Shown: positions 1 to 12,100 of the stretch, one piece after another
Layout of the letters: the number at the start of each line of letters is the position of its first letter
Position numbering within the stretch: the stretch's first letter is position 1
Assembly: GCA_965649765.1 (NCBI GenBank)
Contig: OZ287750.1
Location: forward strand, 58,652,001 to 58,716,000
Length of the DNA stretch: 64,000 nt
Direction of reading: 5' to 3'
Source of the DNA: Bispira polyomma
Lineage: Eukaryota
Translations under genes and position numbers: made by a program
The notes under the pieces: model-generated
Databases searched by the model: none
What the model was told of the DNA's origin: nothing
What the model saw: only the letters and a program-made list of their open reading frames with translations

Positions 1-1
1 C

Positions 2-178
2 AGTCACTCTAGCGTACAAAAACCATTATTTCGAGTGTTACCAAATAAAGTAGATCCAGAGAGTAAAAGCTATAAACTAAATGTAGGACAATCTAGGAAA
101 TTTGAAGAGAAGTACAATGGACTTGTTGCAGTTGCTGAAGCAGGTGGGGGAGATAAAGCTATAGAACGTCATACACAG
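2..178 (+). CDS. MCCC2-like exon A (...[12 protein letters not shown]); 5' boundary uncertain (possible acceptor CAG at 1-3)
   Basis: Frame 2 is open and gives the GGG..A.ERH motif; donor GT at 179. Confidence 0.8.
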
Positions 179-3100
179 GTTTGAAAGATCTTTTCTTTAA
201 CCTCATGTTTTTTTTATCATGGTCTAGCCTTAGCTTGGGTCTTTGAGTTATGGCTTCTACTTTAAAAATCATGTTTGAAGTTACTTTGAACTTATTTTTT
301 CTTGTTAAATGAAGTTCACGTTTTGTGTAAATATTTATTAGGCGTTCTTGTGTTTTTCCTTTAACCTATTTATAGTATGATTATTTCATCCTGTGGGGTT
401 ACGATCTCTGAAGACACTGATTAATGCCATTTAAGTGTTGTTGATTTATTTCAGTATAAGTAATTGGACTTGTCATTTTTATGCTGCTAGTATCTACAGT
501 TTATTTTATGCCATATTTCTTTTAGAAAAATAAAAAGCTTTTGGTGACAGAACGGTTGAAAATGTTATTTGATAATGCTGATGAGATGTTAGAATTATCT
601 AAGCTGGCTGGTTTGGGGATGCCTTATGGGAGTATATCCAGGGCCAGTGTCTTAGTAGGTATGTGTTCTAATGAATCTTGTCTGTTTGTCATCTGTTAGG
701 TGTATATGGATTAGGTTGTTAGATTTCAGCATTAACAGAACAAGTAATGTGTTCTGCCAAATGCTTCCTGAAATGTTTGAGAGATTTGTGATGCTCTAAG
801 TACTCTCTTTTATATAACAGTTAGCTTAAAGTATATGTATGCTGTATTTGATCCAATAAAACTGTCATATCTAATTATAGCTAGATGACTAAAACACAAT
901 ATTTTAGCAGGTATTACAATAACATATAGCAAGGGCAGCATGTCATTTAATGTAGTTCCCATTGCAATTGGCCACTTAAAAGTAACTTTTTTTCTGGTGA
1001 AGCAGTTTTGTCTCTGTTTACCTTCTCCATCTAGTAAGTTAAAAAGCAATTTATTATGTGACAGGTGTCAAACACAAATTTAAAAAGTTGCAGTAAGGGA
1101 TCGGTAAATGTCACATTCATGTGGTATTGGCAATGTTAAAATAGTGTCCTGTATTTCATTTAATTGTATGGTAATGTAGATGTGCTTGTAAATTTCAATT
1201 ACATATGGTTAAGCATCAGGATATTCGATTGATATGTCTAAGTTTAAGTTGCCACAAAGACGTTTCTGCACTATAACAGATCTATGTTGTAATTTTATTG
1301 TCTATGCATGTAGTGTTATGTCATAACTACAGAACAAGTATACTCACACTTTTTGTCCTCTGGTTTCTTTACTTTTTTAACAGCAATAGGAAAAATTCAA
1401 GGTGTGTACTGTTTAGTAGTTGCCAATGATGCCACTGTCAAGGCGGGAACTTTATTTCCTGTAACAGTAAAGAAACAGTTGAGAGCTCAAGAGATTGCCC
1501 AGATCAACCGTATACCTTGTATTTTTGTGGTAGACAGTGGTGGGGCATTTCTACCTCTACAGGTGAGATTTGACATATAGAACTATTAGTAAGTGAACTA
1601 TTAGGTTCTTCACAATACAGTAGAACCACTGTTATCCAAATATGTGGGGAGAGCAGAATTTTGTTTGCACTATAGAAGGTTCATTTAGTAGAAGAGGATT
1701 TTTAGTATGAAGCAGTAGGAAAATGGTCAATTTGAATATGTAGATAGGCAGTTTGGATAATATAAGTTTTACAGTACTGTCAAACCCCTTTATGTATAAC
1801 TCTGTAAAGTTGATTATCCTTTCATATTGATTGAATAAAATCAGTTGTCTGACTAACTTGAAGGCAATTTGTTTTAAAATCAAATCTTTTAACTGAATGT
1901 ATTTCTTGTCATCCCATGATGAGCTTTGACCTGTAACATGTATTTTGAAGAAGGCTGTGTAAGTTTACTGGTTCTGGCAGTGGTCTCCTATTAATAAGAC
2001 TTTGTTTTTATTAAATACATTGGTCAAAAGTCCAGTTAGAGTGAGAAATTTAAAGACATTTTCTCTTTATCTAAAACTTTTTGTATCTAAAAGTATGACA
2101 AAATATGAGACTTTGGTCTCAAGCATACTTCAATTAGTTTTTCATTTATTTTTTACCAAATTTATTCATTTGATTACTATTTTATCATAAGCTGAATTTT
2201 AAATATTCCATTCTCTAGTATTTTCATGCCGATTATATTTATTGACATGTCAAAGAAATGAATTTTTGATATGTAATGTCTGATCTCATGAAAGGTTTGA
2301 ATGTAAAGGCAACTATAATAGTAACAGAGTAACTGTTGCATGTATCACATATCAATGTATTAAATTAGTTCTATGTTATGTTGCTCTAGAATTACTAAAA
2401 ATATTTATTTATTTTACAGGCAGAGATATTTACCCAGGGTGGCAGAGGATTTTATAATGAAGCAATATTGAACTCTTTGGGAGTACCGCAAGTAAGTATG
2501 CATCTCTCATATTTTCTCTGACATAATGATGAGAAAAGAAGACTTAATATTTTTACTCTACGGGGTACTGCATATACCTGTGTTGTCCAAATGTACAGGC
2601 GTATGGTACGCCAGCTATCAAAGTTTGGTTCTCAGACCATGTTCTAATTTCACTCAAACGCTCTGGGGTTCCGGCATCTCCAATGCAATTTCGAGTTTAT
2701 GTACACACAAACTGAAAATTGTTATTGTGAAATATAAGGTGTATGCAGTTTGTGTAGTTTTTGTAATACAGGTCTCTCTAGTCTGTGGTCTATGGGAACT
2801 GTATTGTTAAGGGCTTTACAGATCATCGACTACACAACACAACACTACAAATAAATAGAAATAAAACAGTACATATTGGTTATCCAGACTGCTCCTGGCA
2901 CAACACTACACAACAATTGTCTTTTAAGAAATCTTCTTGGGAGAAAACGTTGTGTTACCCCATAGTAACTGTCATGTGATGACATGGCATCCCCTATAGT
3001 GTGGTGTGAACGGGTGTAGTCAGCCTTTTGTAAGATCCTTAAGTGACTCTATTATAGCTAGCTGTGGTGTGTGGTAGTTGTACTGCTGGTGCTGCCTATG

Positions 3101-6100
3101 TTCCCACTATGAGTCAGGAAGCTGTCATCGTCCACAAGATAGGTACTATATTCCTGGGAGGTCCTCCTCTGGTCTATGCTGCTCTAGGAGAGGTTGTGTC
3201 TCCTGAAGACTTGGGTGGTGCTACATTACATTCCAGGTACAGACACTGCTACCCTTTCATATAAATGGAAACTGTGTTCATATATGTAAATATGTGTATG
3301 TTGATTGTCTGATATCATCTCTATTGAGGTCTCATCCGACTTTACAGGTTACATCCCCAGCCTGGGTTCTTCCATTTGTCAACCAATTGTTCAGTCTCCC
3401 TCAGGAAGCATACTAGCCATGCTGTCACATACAGCGCACAAAGACTAACACCCATTAGCGGCCAAGTACCCATTTATACACCTAGGAAGAGAGGGACAAC
3501 TTTGTTTAAAGTACCTTGTTTAAGGGTACAATCCCCAGGCCAGCAGGGAGAATCAAACCTGGACCCTCAGATCCAAAGTCTGACACTCTTACCACTTGGC
3601 TACAGAGACCACACCCCTTCACAACATTATATATTGATAAGCACTCAACACCAAAATGTATGCACCATTACCATGTGGGTCAGCAAGCAATCGACACCCC
3701 CAGTGTTACTCTTTGACTTTCCTTCATTACTTCACCTCTAAAATGTGTTGGTACTGGCAATTTTATGTTTAAAAAAATATACATGAGGCAGTTATAAAAT
3801 ACTGGGAGTCATTTATAGTGTGTGCTTTAGTGACCTTGGATGTTTGGAACATTTTACCCAATTATTTTCTGTGATATAGTGGAATACTTATTGAACAAAT
3901 AGTATTTTTCTTTTTTGGAGTGCTTTGTTGCCTAAAGACTATGTAAAAATAACTTCAAATGATTTTAGTTATGGTAAAATAAAATAAATTATAATACCAA
4001 TTTCGTTAATTCAAACCTTGAGCAACCAGGAAACATAGCACTACTAAAGAAAGATTGGTATTGAAATGGATAAGTTGTAAAAGAAAAAAGTTGCTGTAGG
4101 ACAACAACATATTTTTCTCTAGATAAAGATAAATTGACTTACCAAAGTTTTACATAAAGTTATTTGACTTCAGTAAAATATTGGTTGATATTCAGTAGCA
4201 GAATGACAACCTTTTGTTGTTTGTCCCTCTATTTTCCAGTGTTAGTGGCTGTACAGACTACTTCTCTGGGACTGAAACTGAAGCATTCGAGACAAGTCGA
4301 GATATAGTGGCTACATTTAATATTGACCCATTGACTGTGTCATCAGACTACGATGAACCCTTGTATGACCCTGGTGAACTAGAGGGCATTATACCTCACA
4401 CAGACCAGCATATACTTGACATGTATCAGGTGAGTACATTAACACAGCATACACACTGGACATGCATCAGGGCAGTACATTAACACACAGCATACACACT
4501 GGACATGTATCAGGTCAGTACATTAACTCATGTAGGGTGAACTAGAGGGCATTATACCTCACACAGCCCAGCACACATTGGACATTTTCGGTATTCCGGA
4601 ATCTGAACGATTTTGCATCGGCAGTATACCGACATACAAAAACTGGTATCGTCCCACCCCTGGTTACTGGTGGATACGATGTGAACACGCCATAACCTTC
4701 TGATGACAACCAATGGTATAGTTTAGGACCATTCCTTCTCTTCAAGGACAAGTGCCTTAGAAGATGTTTTCATCAAGTTGCAAACATAAATTTGCTTTAA
4801 ATATAACAATAAGGGATAACTAATTTCAGTTTTTTATATTACTAAATTTTTTAAATTAAAATGTGTAAGTTACAATACATGTATATAATTACACTCTAAG
4901 GTTAACCATGGCATCACTATTACTTCTTATACTCATAAGGAACATACTATAATTCAATTACACAACATGTAATTATAGATGGTGCTGTACCAATATTTTT
5001 ATGAAACGTGAAAGTAATAAGTAAAAATAAAACAGTTCTAAACTTTTGCTAGTTAAAGACAATGATTTCTAGCCAGTCAGGTTCAGGATTCATGCTTGAA
5101 AATTCTTTATAGATCCCAAGTTTATCATTGTAATAATGGCAGTGTCAGTAGCAAATTATTTTCTGATAACTTATCTGAAATGCACGTTTGTAGTTTAATA
5201 TTAAGATTGACATTAGTGAAAACTTCAAATAATTTTTTAACTGAGTGAACTGATACATGTATCTAGTGATTAATGGGAAAAAGCTTTAATTGAACTCTAA
5301 TGTTGTGGTGCAAAAGTTCATCCAGAGTTCTCCCAATTTGTTTAAACTTTAAATAATAGCGGCTACTCTTTTAATATGTTTTAAGGGATATGTATATACT
5401 AAATTCCACTAAATCCAAAAGCTCAATATTAGTAGAAACAAAGCTGCAGTAAACACAAGTCTGCCTTTGTGTATCCATAAGTTGACGGTATTAAAAATGT
5501 TGTGTTAATGTTGAGTGAGTTACCGGGTAGTACGGATACATGATATAAAATCCTTCAAGTAAGGTTACTGTGTATAGTCTTGTTATTGGAGTTTTCCTAC
5601 TGGGGTGTCTGTCATGTCAGTAAAATGAACACAAGTGGATGTTTTATGTAGATATATGGAGTGATTTGTATTCATTAATCCAAGGATGAATTTAAAATTG
5701 CAGTAAAACCTCTGTTACCTGAACTTTTGTTATTTGAATATTTAATTTTAGGAACTCATTTCCACTCTCCGAAATTGATGTTTTCCTATTCTGAAATGTC
5801 TCTTCTATTTTAATACCCTTCAAAACACAAAGTCTTGGTCACTGCCAACATATTTGTATATTAGTGGTTCTACTGTAGTAAGAGTGCATTCATCATATGT
5901 GTTAACTAGAGTAATTGGTCCCTCAGTTAAATGCCTATATATTCTAGGGTTTATCACCCGTTTAATGTAATCTTGTACCACTTTCGGCTTAAAACAGTAT
6001 AGACTGTGTCATGTTTATGGTTTTATAAAGTCAGTACAACCCTTTTGACAACATACAGAAGTCTTACTTGATCTCATCATATTTTAATCATCATTATATT

Positions 6101-9100
6101 TTTGTCATAGTTGCAGAACTAATTTCTATATGTAGCTTGTCAGTACATCTTTCTATTGTTACAGTGAATTAATTTTTTTTGAGTTGTTTCTATAGTTACA
6201 GTGAATTAAAAAAAAAAAATTCAAGTTAAACATGAAACTTTGTAAGCATGTTCATTGATTTATGCAGACCACTTTCTGAAAGTCAGGGTGTAGTATTTCC
6301 ACTTAATTAGTGCTGTTTTTTTTTCTATTTTTTTGGGTTTATAGGTAATAGCCAGGATCATCGATGGTAGCAGATTTCACGAGTTTAAAAAGATGTATGG
6401 TGTAAATCTAGTCACAGGGTTTGCCTTTTTACAAGGGTAAGTAGAAACTTTGTGATTTTAGTCATAACCTGTAGTTTTTAAATATGACAACCACAATGTT
6501 TTGTCTGGCTTTTTTCTGCCACTTTCCTTACGATTGAAAGCCTACAATATGGTATTAAAAGATACATTAAGATCCCATTTCAACCTTTGTGGGTATTTTT
6601 GTTACGATAAAGGCTGTTGTGAGAAATCTTTAATTTCTCTGCTGGGGGCAGTAGCAGTGTCTAGCTTTTTTTATAGCTGAAACTGGACAAATCTATAAAT
6701 AAGGGCAAGTTGAACCTTAGTTTTAATGTTTACAAAAAAGTTGCTTATAAATTTTGTTAAGAACATTGTACAACTTGAAGAAAATCACAAAATATCCCCA
6801 CAATTGGCGCATTGAACAATTTGGTACCAAAATGTGCTAATAGAACTAGAATAAAACTTGTTGAAAGTGATTTTTGGTTCCGGAGTCTCTAAAATTTTAA
6901 AATAAACTGCTGATTACTTATTTTCAGGTCTATACTGTAATAAACCTTGTTAGTTAAAAGCAGAAACCTTATGACCTCATTCTCATTATTATGACATGGC
7001 TTCTAGAAACAAAGCTTTCTAGGCAGAAAGATCTAATTACCTACTTCTCTATTCTTATGGTAAAATGTAATATAGAGACGGAATAACGGAATATAATCCT
7101 TTTAACTACTAATGTAAGAAATTTTCTCTTGTGTCAGGTTTGAAATAGAATATCGAGCCTTAATTAATTAAAACTCTTGGGAGGAGTTTTAATTTAGAAA
7201 AATCAAGAGGCCTCCTTTTCATTTCTAAACACATACAATGACGTATATATACCAGTATATGTACACATGTTTCCAATAAGTATTTTAAAATCTAATAGAG
7301 TTTGCTGGTCAATAACTTTTGATATCAATAATTGTATGGTCAAAGTTATATATGAAAACACTGATGTCACTCAATTTAATGATGCCTTGTGGTAAATTTT
7401 AACTAAATAATCGATCATCTAAATAAATTTTATGGTTTGGATCAATAGCATTCGTCAGTATGAAGTAAAATATACTATTATTATTGTAGACAACCAAAAT
7501 TTGGTGTTCTGAACTGATGTCAACAGACACTCATTTTAATGATGCCTTGTGCTAAATTTTAACTAAATAAGCGATTATCTGAACAAACAATATGATTTGA
7601 TTAATATCATTTGTCAGTATAAAGTAAAATATACTATTATTATATGTATAGACCACCATATTGATGTTGATATTGAAATATTTTTGGTGCTGTGAAATCT
7701 GTTGTATATGTTTAATAATTATATTGACTTAAGTATGATGTCTAATTTGCAGTAATATGTGTGATATTTATTTGGACACTTTTTTTTTTTTACTTATAAA
7801 AGATTGAAATTATAGTTTGTATATTAAGTCGAAGCTAGACATAACACAATAGACATATTGATACATTATTTCGGGACGCAATAGTAATTGTAATCGACTG
7901 CCTGTAAAAGATCACATGTCTGTTTTAAATTGTTCAGTTTAATAGAGGTTCGTGCTGCTGTTTTTTGTAACCATCTAGTGGGTATGGTTTGAAATAATGG
8001 TACATTATAGTAATAGTAATAGATTGCCTGTAATAGATCATATGTCTGCTAGAAATTACAAACTGTTCAGATAATGTAGCTTCATTTTGCTGTATCTTGT
8101 AGCCATCTAGTGGGTATAGTTGGAAATAATGGTACATTGCTTCAGAATGTAATAGTAATGTCTGTAATGGATCATATGTCTGTTCCAAACTGTTCAGCTA
8201 ATAGAGGCTCATTCTCCTGTATCCTGTAGCCATCTAGTTGGTATCCTTGGAAATAATGGTACAATGACAGCAGAGGCAGCATTGAAAGGATCCCATTTTG
8301 TACAGATGTGCTCTCAGAGAAACATTCCACTAATCTTCTTACAGAACTCTACACCTCAGAAAACCAGCCTCCAGGAACTCAACACAAAAGGTATAGGTGT
8401 ATCTCTTCTGTACTTACTACCTGGCACTACAAGGTGTGATGTATAGGTGTATCCCTTCTGTACTTACTACCTGGCACTACAAGGTGTAATGTATAGGTGT
8501 ATCCCTTCTGTACTTACTACCTGGCACTACAAGGTGTAATGTATAGGTGTATCCCTTCTGTACTTACTACCTGGCACTACAAGGTGTAATGTATAGGTGT
8601 ATCCCTTCTGTACTTACTACCTGGCACTACAAGGTGTGATGTATAGGTGTATCCCTTCTGTACTTACTACCTGGCACTACAAGGTGTAATGTATAGGTGT
8701 ATCCCTTCTGTACTTACTACCTGGCACTACAAGGTGTAATGTATAGGTGTATCCCTTCTGTACTTACTACCTGGCACTACAAGGTGTGATGTATAGGTGT
8801 ATCCCTTCTGTACTTACTAACTGGTACTACAAGGTCTAATGTATTGTTGTATTATATATTTCTTACACTCTTTATTGAGGCGAGGCACCTTCTAAAGCAA
8901 TAACCAAATTAATCACCAATCATGTGTCCTACAACATAGCCCAGCCTGCAGTGTTCAGAACTCCCACCTCCCAGCAAGCTTATTGTTTGCAAGTTTTAGG
9001 TATTGCAGGTATCTTTACAGATTTGCAAGCCCATCTTGCTTGTAAGTTAAGATAAATATAAAATGAAAGTTTGTTTAAAAATTGACAAGAAATGCTTTGC

Positions 9101-12100
9101 AGAATAGATAGTAGTCGTGTATAATTTTATACGTTGAAATAGGAATATCAGTATAGACTCTTGATATCGATCCTTTGCAGACTTGGCAGGGAACAATGGG
9201 CTTGGTGCTTTCTAGTGGTAGTTTCAAACAATGAGCGTATGTCGTTGTCACTAGACAATGATGTGTTCACATTTTACCCAAGGATGTAATCCCACAAATG
9301 AACCCAGTGGTATCGGCAGGAGTCGGAACCAGTGACCTTCCAATCACCAGACCAACCACTAAGGTGAATCACTAAGGTGTATAAGAAAGAGATATTTTGA
9401 AACAAACTTTGTAAACATTTCCTTTTTGTGTGTTGTTGAAGTTTTATTTGTTACAGACATGACATTTTGAAGGTGGATTGGCCAATCACAGTAGCTCGTA
9501 CCAAATCTCCTAAGATTAAGGCACCAATAAATATCTATATTACATTATTGCATGATTTATAACCCCAAATAAAATGTTTCTTTGCTGAGACTTCATGGGG
9601 TCATAGATAGGGGTGAGATGGTTGTCCCGGTATCTCGGTATTGGCGTGACTTCATGGGGTTATAGATAGGGGTGAGATGGTTGTCCCGGTATATCGGTAT
9701 TGGCAACATTTTGGCTAAATAACGTGATTGATACTGGAATTAAAAAAATTTAGGCTTTTTTACAGCAAACAAGTAACAAACTGTATCTGTCCTTTTTTTA
9801 GGCACAAGGCACATGTTGATTTGGTTTTGATTACTTCCTGTTATTTAGCATGCATTCGATTTGCAGCAATTCAAAAAAAAATTGGGGTGGTATCTCAGAA
9901 TAGGAACAGTTTTGGACAAGCAATATCCTGGATACAACTTTCGATATTATCCGATCCATAGTCAAAGTGCCAAAAACTGAAGAAAACAATTCCTGGATTC
10001 GCCTTTCACCCAGATCTAGCCCATACAATAATGGATTCTTTAGAACCCTGATTGCAACCACCTTATGTTGTAGAAATCAGTATTTTTTATGTAACGAGCC
10101 ACAGGCAAAAAACATTACAGTCTTTGTAGAGACACTAAAATATGCATGTAATGGCTTTAGTTTAATCTTAAATGTGTTACATTTGCATCTACATGGGGAA
10201 AAACACCCCTGAAAATTAGGTGGTTACTTTCTCTTTGTAATTTATGAAATGTCAAAGTTATTAACCCAAAATATGTTTACCATGTCCTGCTTATTAGACT
10301 CTCTGATTGACAGCTTCCTTTTTGTGGAGCACTAAGTAGACAAAAGACCAGGGGCCTCTAAGAATTTTTCTATGCTTTGAATAGTCTTGTGAATGGAATT
10401 TTATTCTAAGAATGAGAAAAATCTTAGCATAGAATTGTTTTTAGATTATAGAATAATTATATTTCTAAGAATAAGAATCTTTGTGAATACGGCTCCAGGG
10501 ATCGTATTCTTAAACTCAGCTCAAACTTATTTTTAACTCAAATCTGGATTCTCCATAACACTGGATGTAGATTAAAGCTATCTAAAATTTGTCTGCATAT
10601 TTGTATTGAGTGTTGAAAGCTCCATTAAAATGAATAGTCACAGGTGTAAGTTATTTCCATGTACAAGGAATTACACATACCATATATTTGAGTTGAGTAC
10701 GAGTTAAAGCATGAGTTAATTTCTTCTAGACTACCGGCCCAGTTCCCTGATTTCCTTTACCTGCCAGAAACAAATACTAAGACTTCTGCAGAAACTTTTG
10801 TGGGGAGAGGCTCAATTTTCAAAATTATTAAAAAAATGTATAGTACAAGCTCTACATCTATTATTCAAACTTGTTTTATCCCAATAGTTGATTTTATAAA
10901 GTCAAGTTTTTACTCTTCCAAATTTGATTGGTTTTGTTGTCTTATACTAAACTTCCTCATCCTGTTTCGAACCCTCCATTATACAAACAAACTGCTGCTC
11001 TAAAAAATTGTATTGTATTGTATTATATATTTTTAATGCGCCTTATTAATGCTAGGCATCTTCTAAGGCGCAACATCAGAATTAATCAGCCAATAGGAAA
11101 ATCAAAAAACATAGCCAGGTCGTAAGGATGGATGCGTCAGCGCCCAGGGAGAGGATTACGGCGGATAATGTTAATGTTTTTACTTCTATAGCGCCACAAT
11201 CGATGACTAGGCATCCTCTGTAGCGCATATCCTAATAAGTGTGCAAGAGCATAGTCCGGTAGATGGAAAAAGGTTCGTGATCAGAGATTCAGTTGTGACC
11301 ATCAGATGCATGCTAGGATGGGAAAGCGAGCTAATGCAGATGTATTTTGAGCTTTTTTATTCCATTCAGCAGGTGCTGCAACTAAGAATGATTTTAAACC
11401 AGCTTGTTTTTTGGGTAGGAAAACAGAGGTGGAGAGACGATTGCCTCTGCTGAGATTGCTGAGAGACAGCATAGATGATAAATAGGCAGGTTGATGTAAA
11501 TGAACTGTCATAAAAATTAGGACAATTACCTTAAATTTAATACGAATTTGAATTTGAATTTGGATATTTAACGTCCACTTTAGTACCTTTTAGTAGGTTA
11601 TATTGGGACGGGTAGTTGGAAACGCTGGAGGAAACACTGCATACAGTCGGTCAAGGTTCTGCAGAGAAACCAGCGGCCCACAGTAAGGAACTACCACCTT
11701 TCCCACATAGGCATCGATGGGATTCGAACTCACGCCGCCCAGAGGTGAGAGACCAGTGATTGTGAAGCGCAATGCTTGCTAACCACTAGGCCACCGCGGC
11801 CCCTTAAATTTAATACGAAACTCAATAGGTAACCAATGTAATTGTTTCAGCAGGGGAGTAGTGTGAGTGCGAGAGCCAGCATGACTTACTATTCTGCACA
11901 GGTTATTTTGTATTATCTGTAGTTTGTTTTTTTGGCCCTTTCTAATTCCATATGGTAGTTAGTTATAGTAATCTCGTCGACTTGATACCAGGGCATTTGC
12001 CACTGCAATGGCATTTTCTTGGGTTAAATGTCGTCGAATCCTGCGAAAGTCATGGATGTTGCCGTAGCAGGAATGAAAAATATTCAAGACATGTTTTTTG

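Noticed and set aside
8391-8844. Regular arrays (also 29743-30430 and 34427-34800) as CRISPR
   Set aside because: Units are head-to-tail with no unique spacers, there are no cas genes, and the context is eukaryotic introns.
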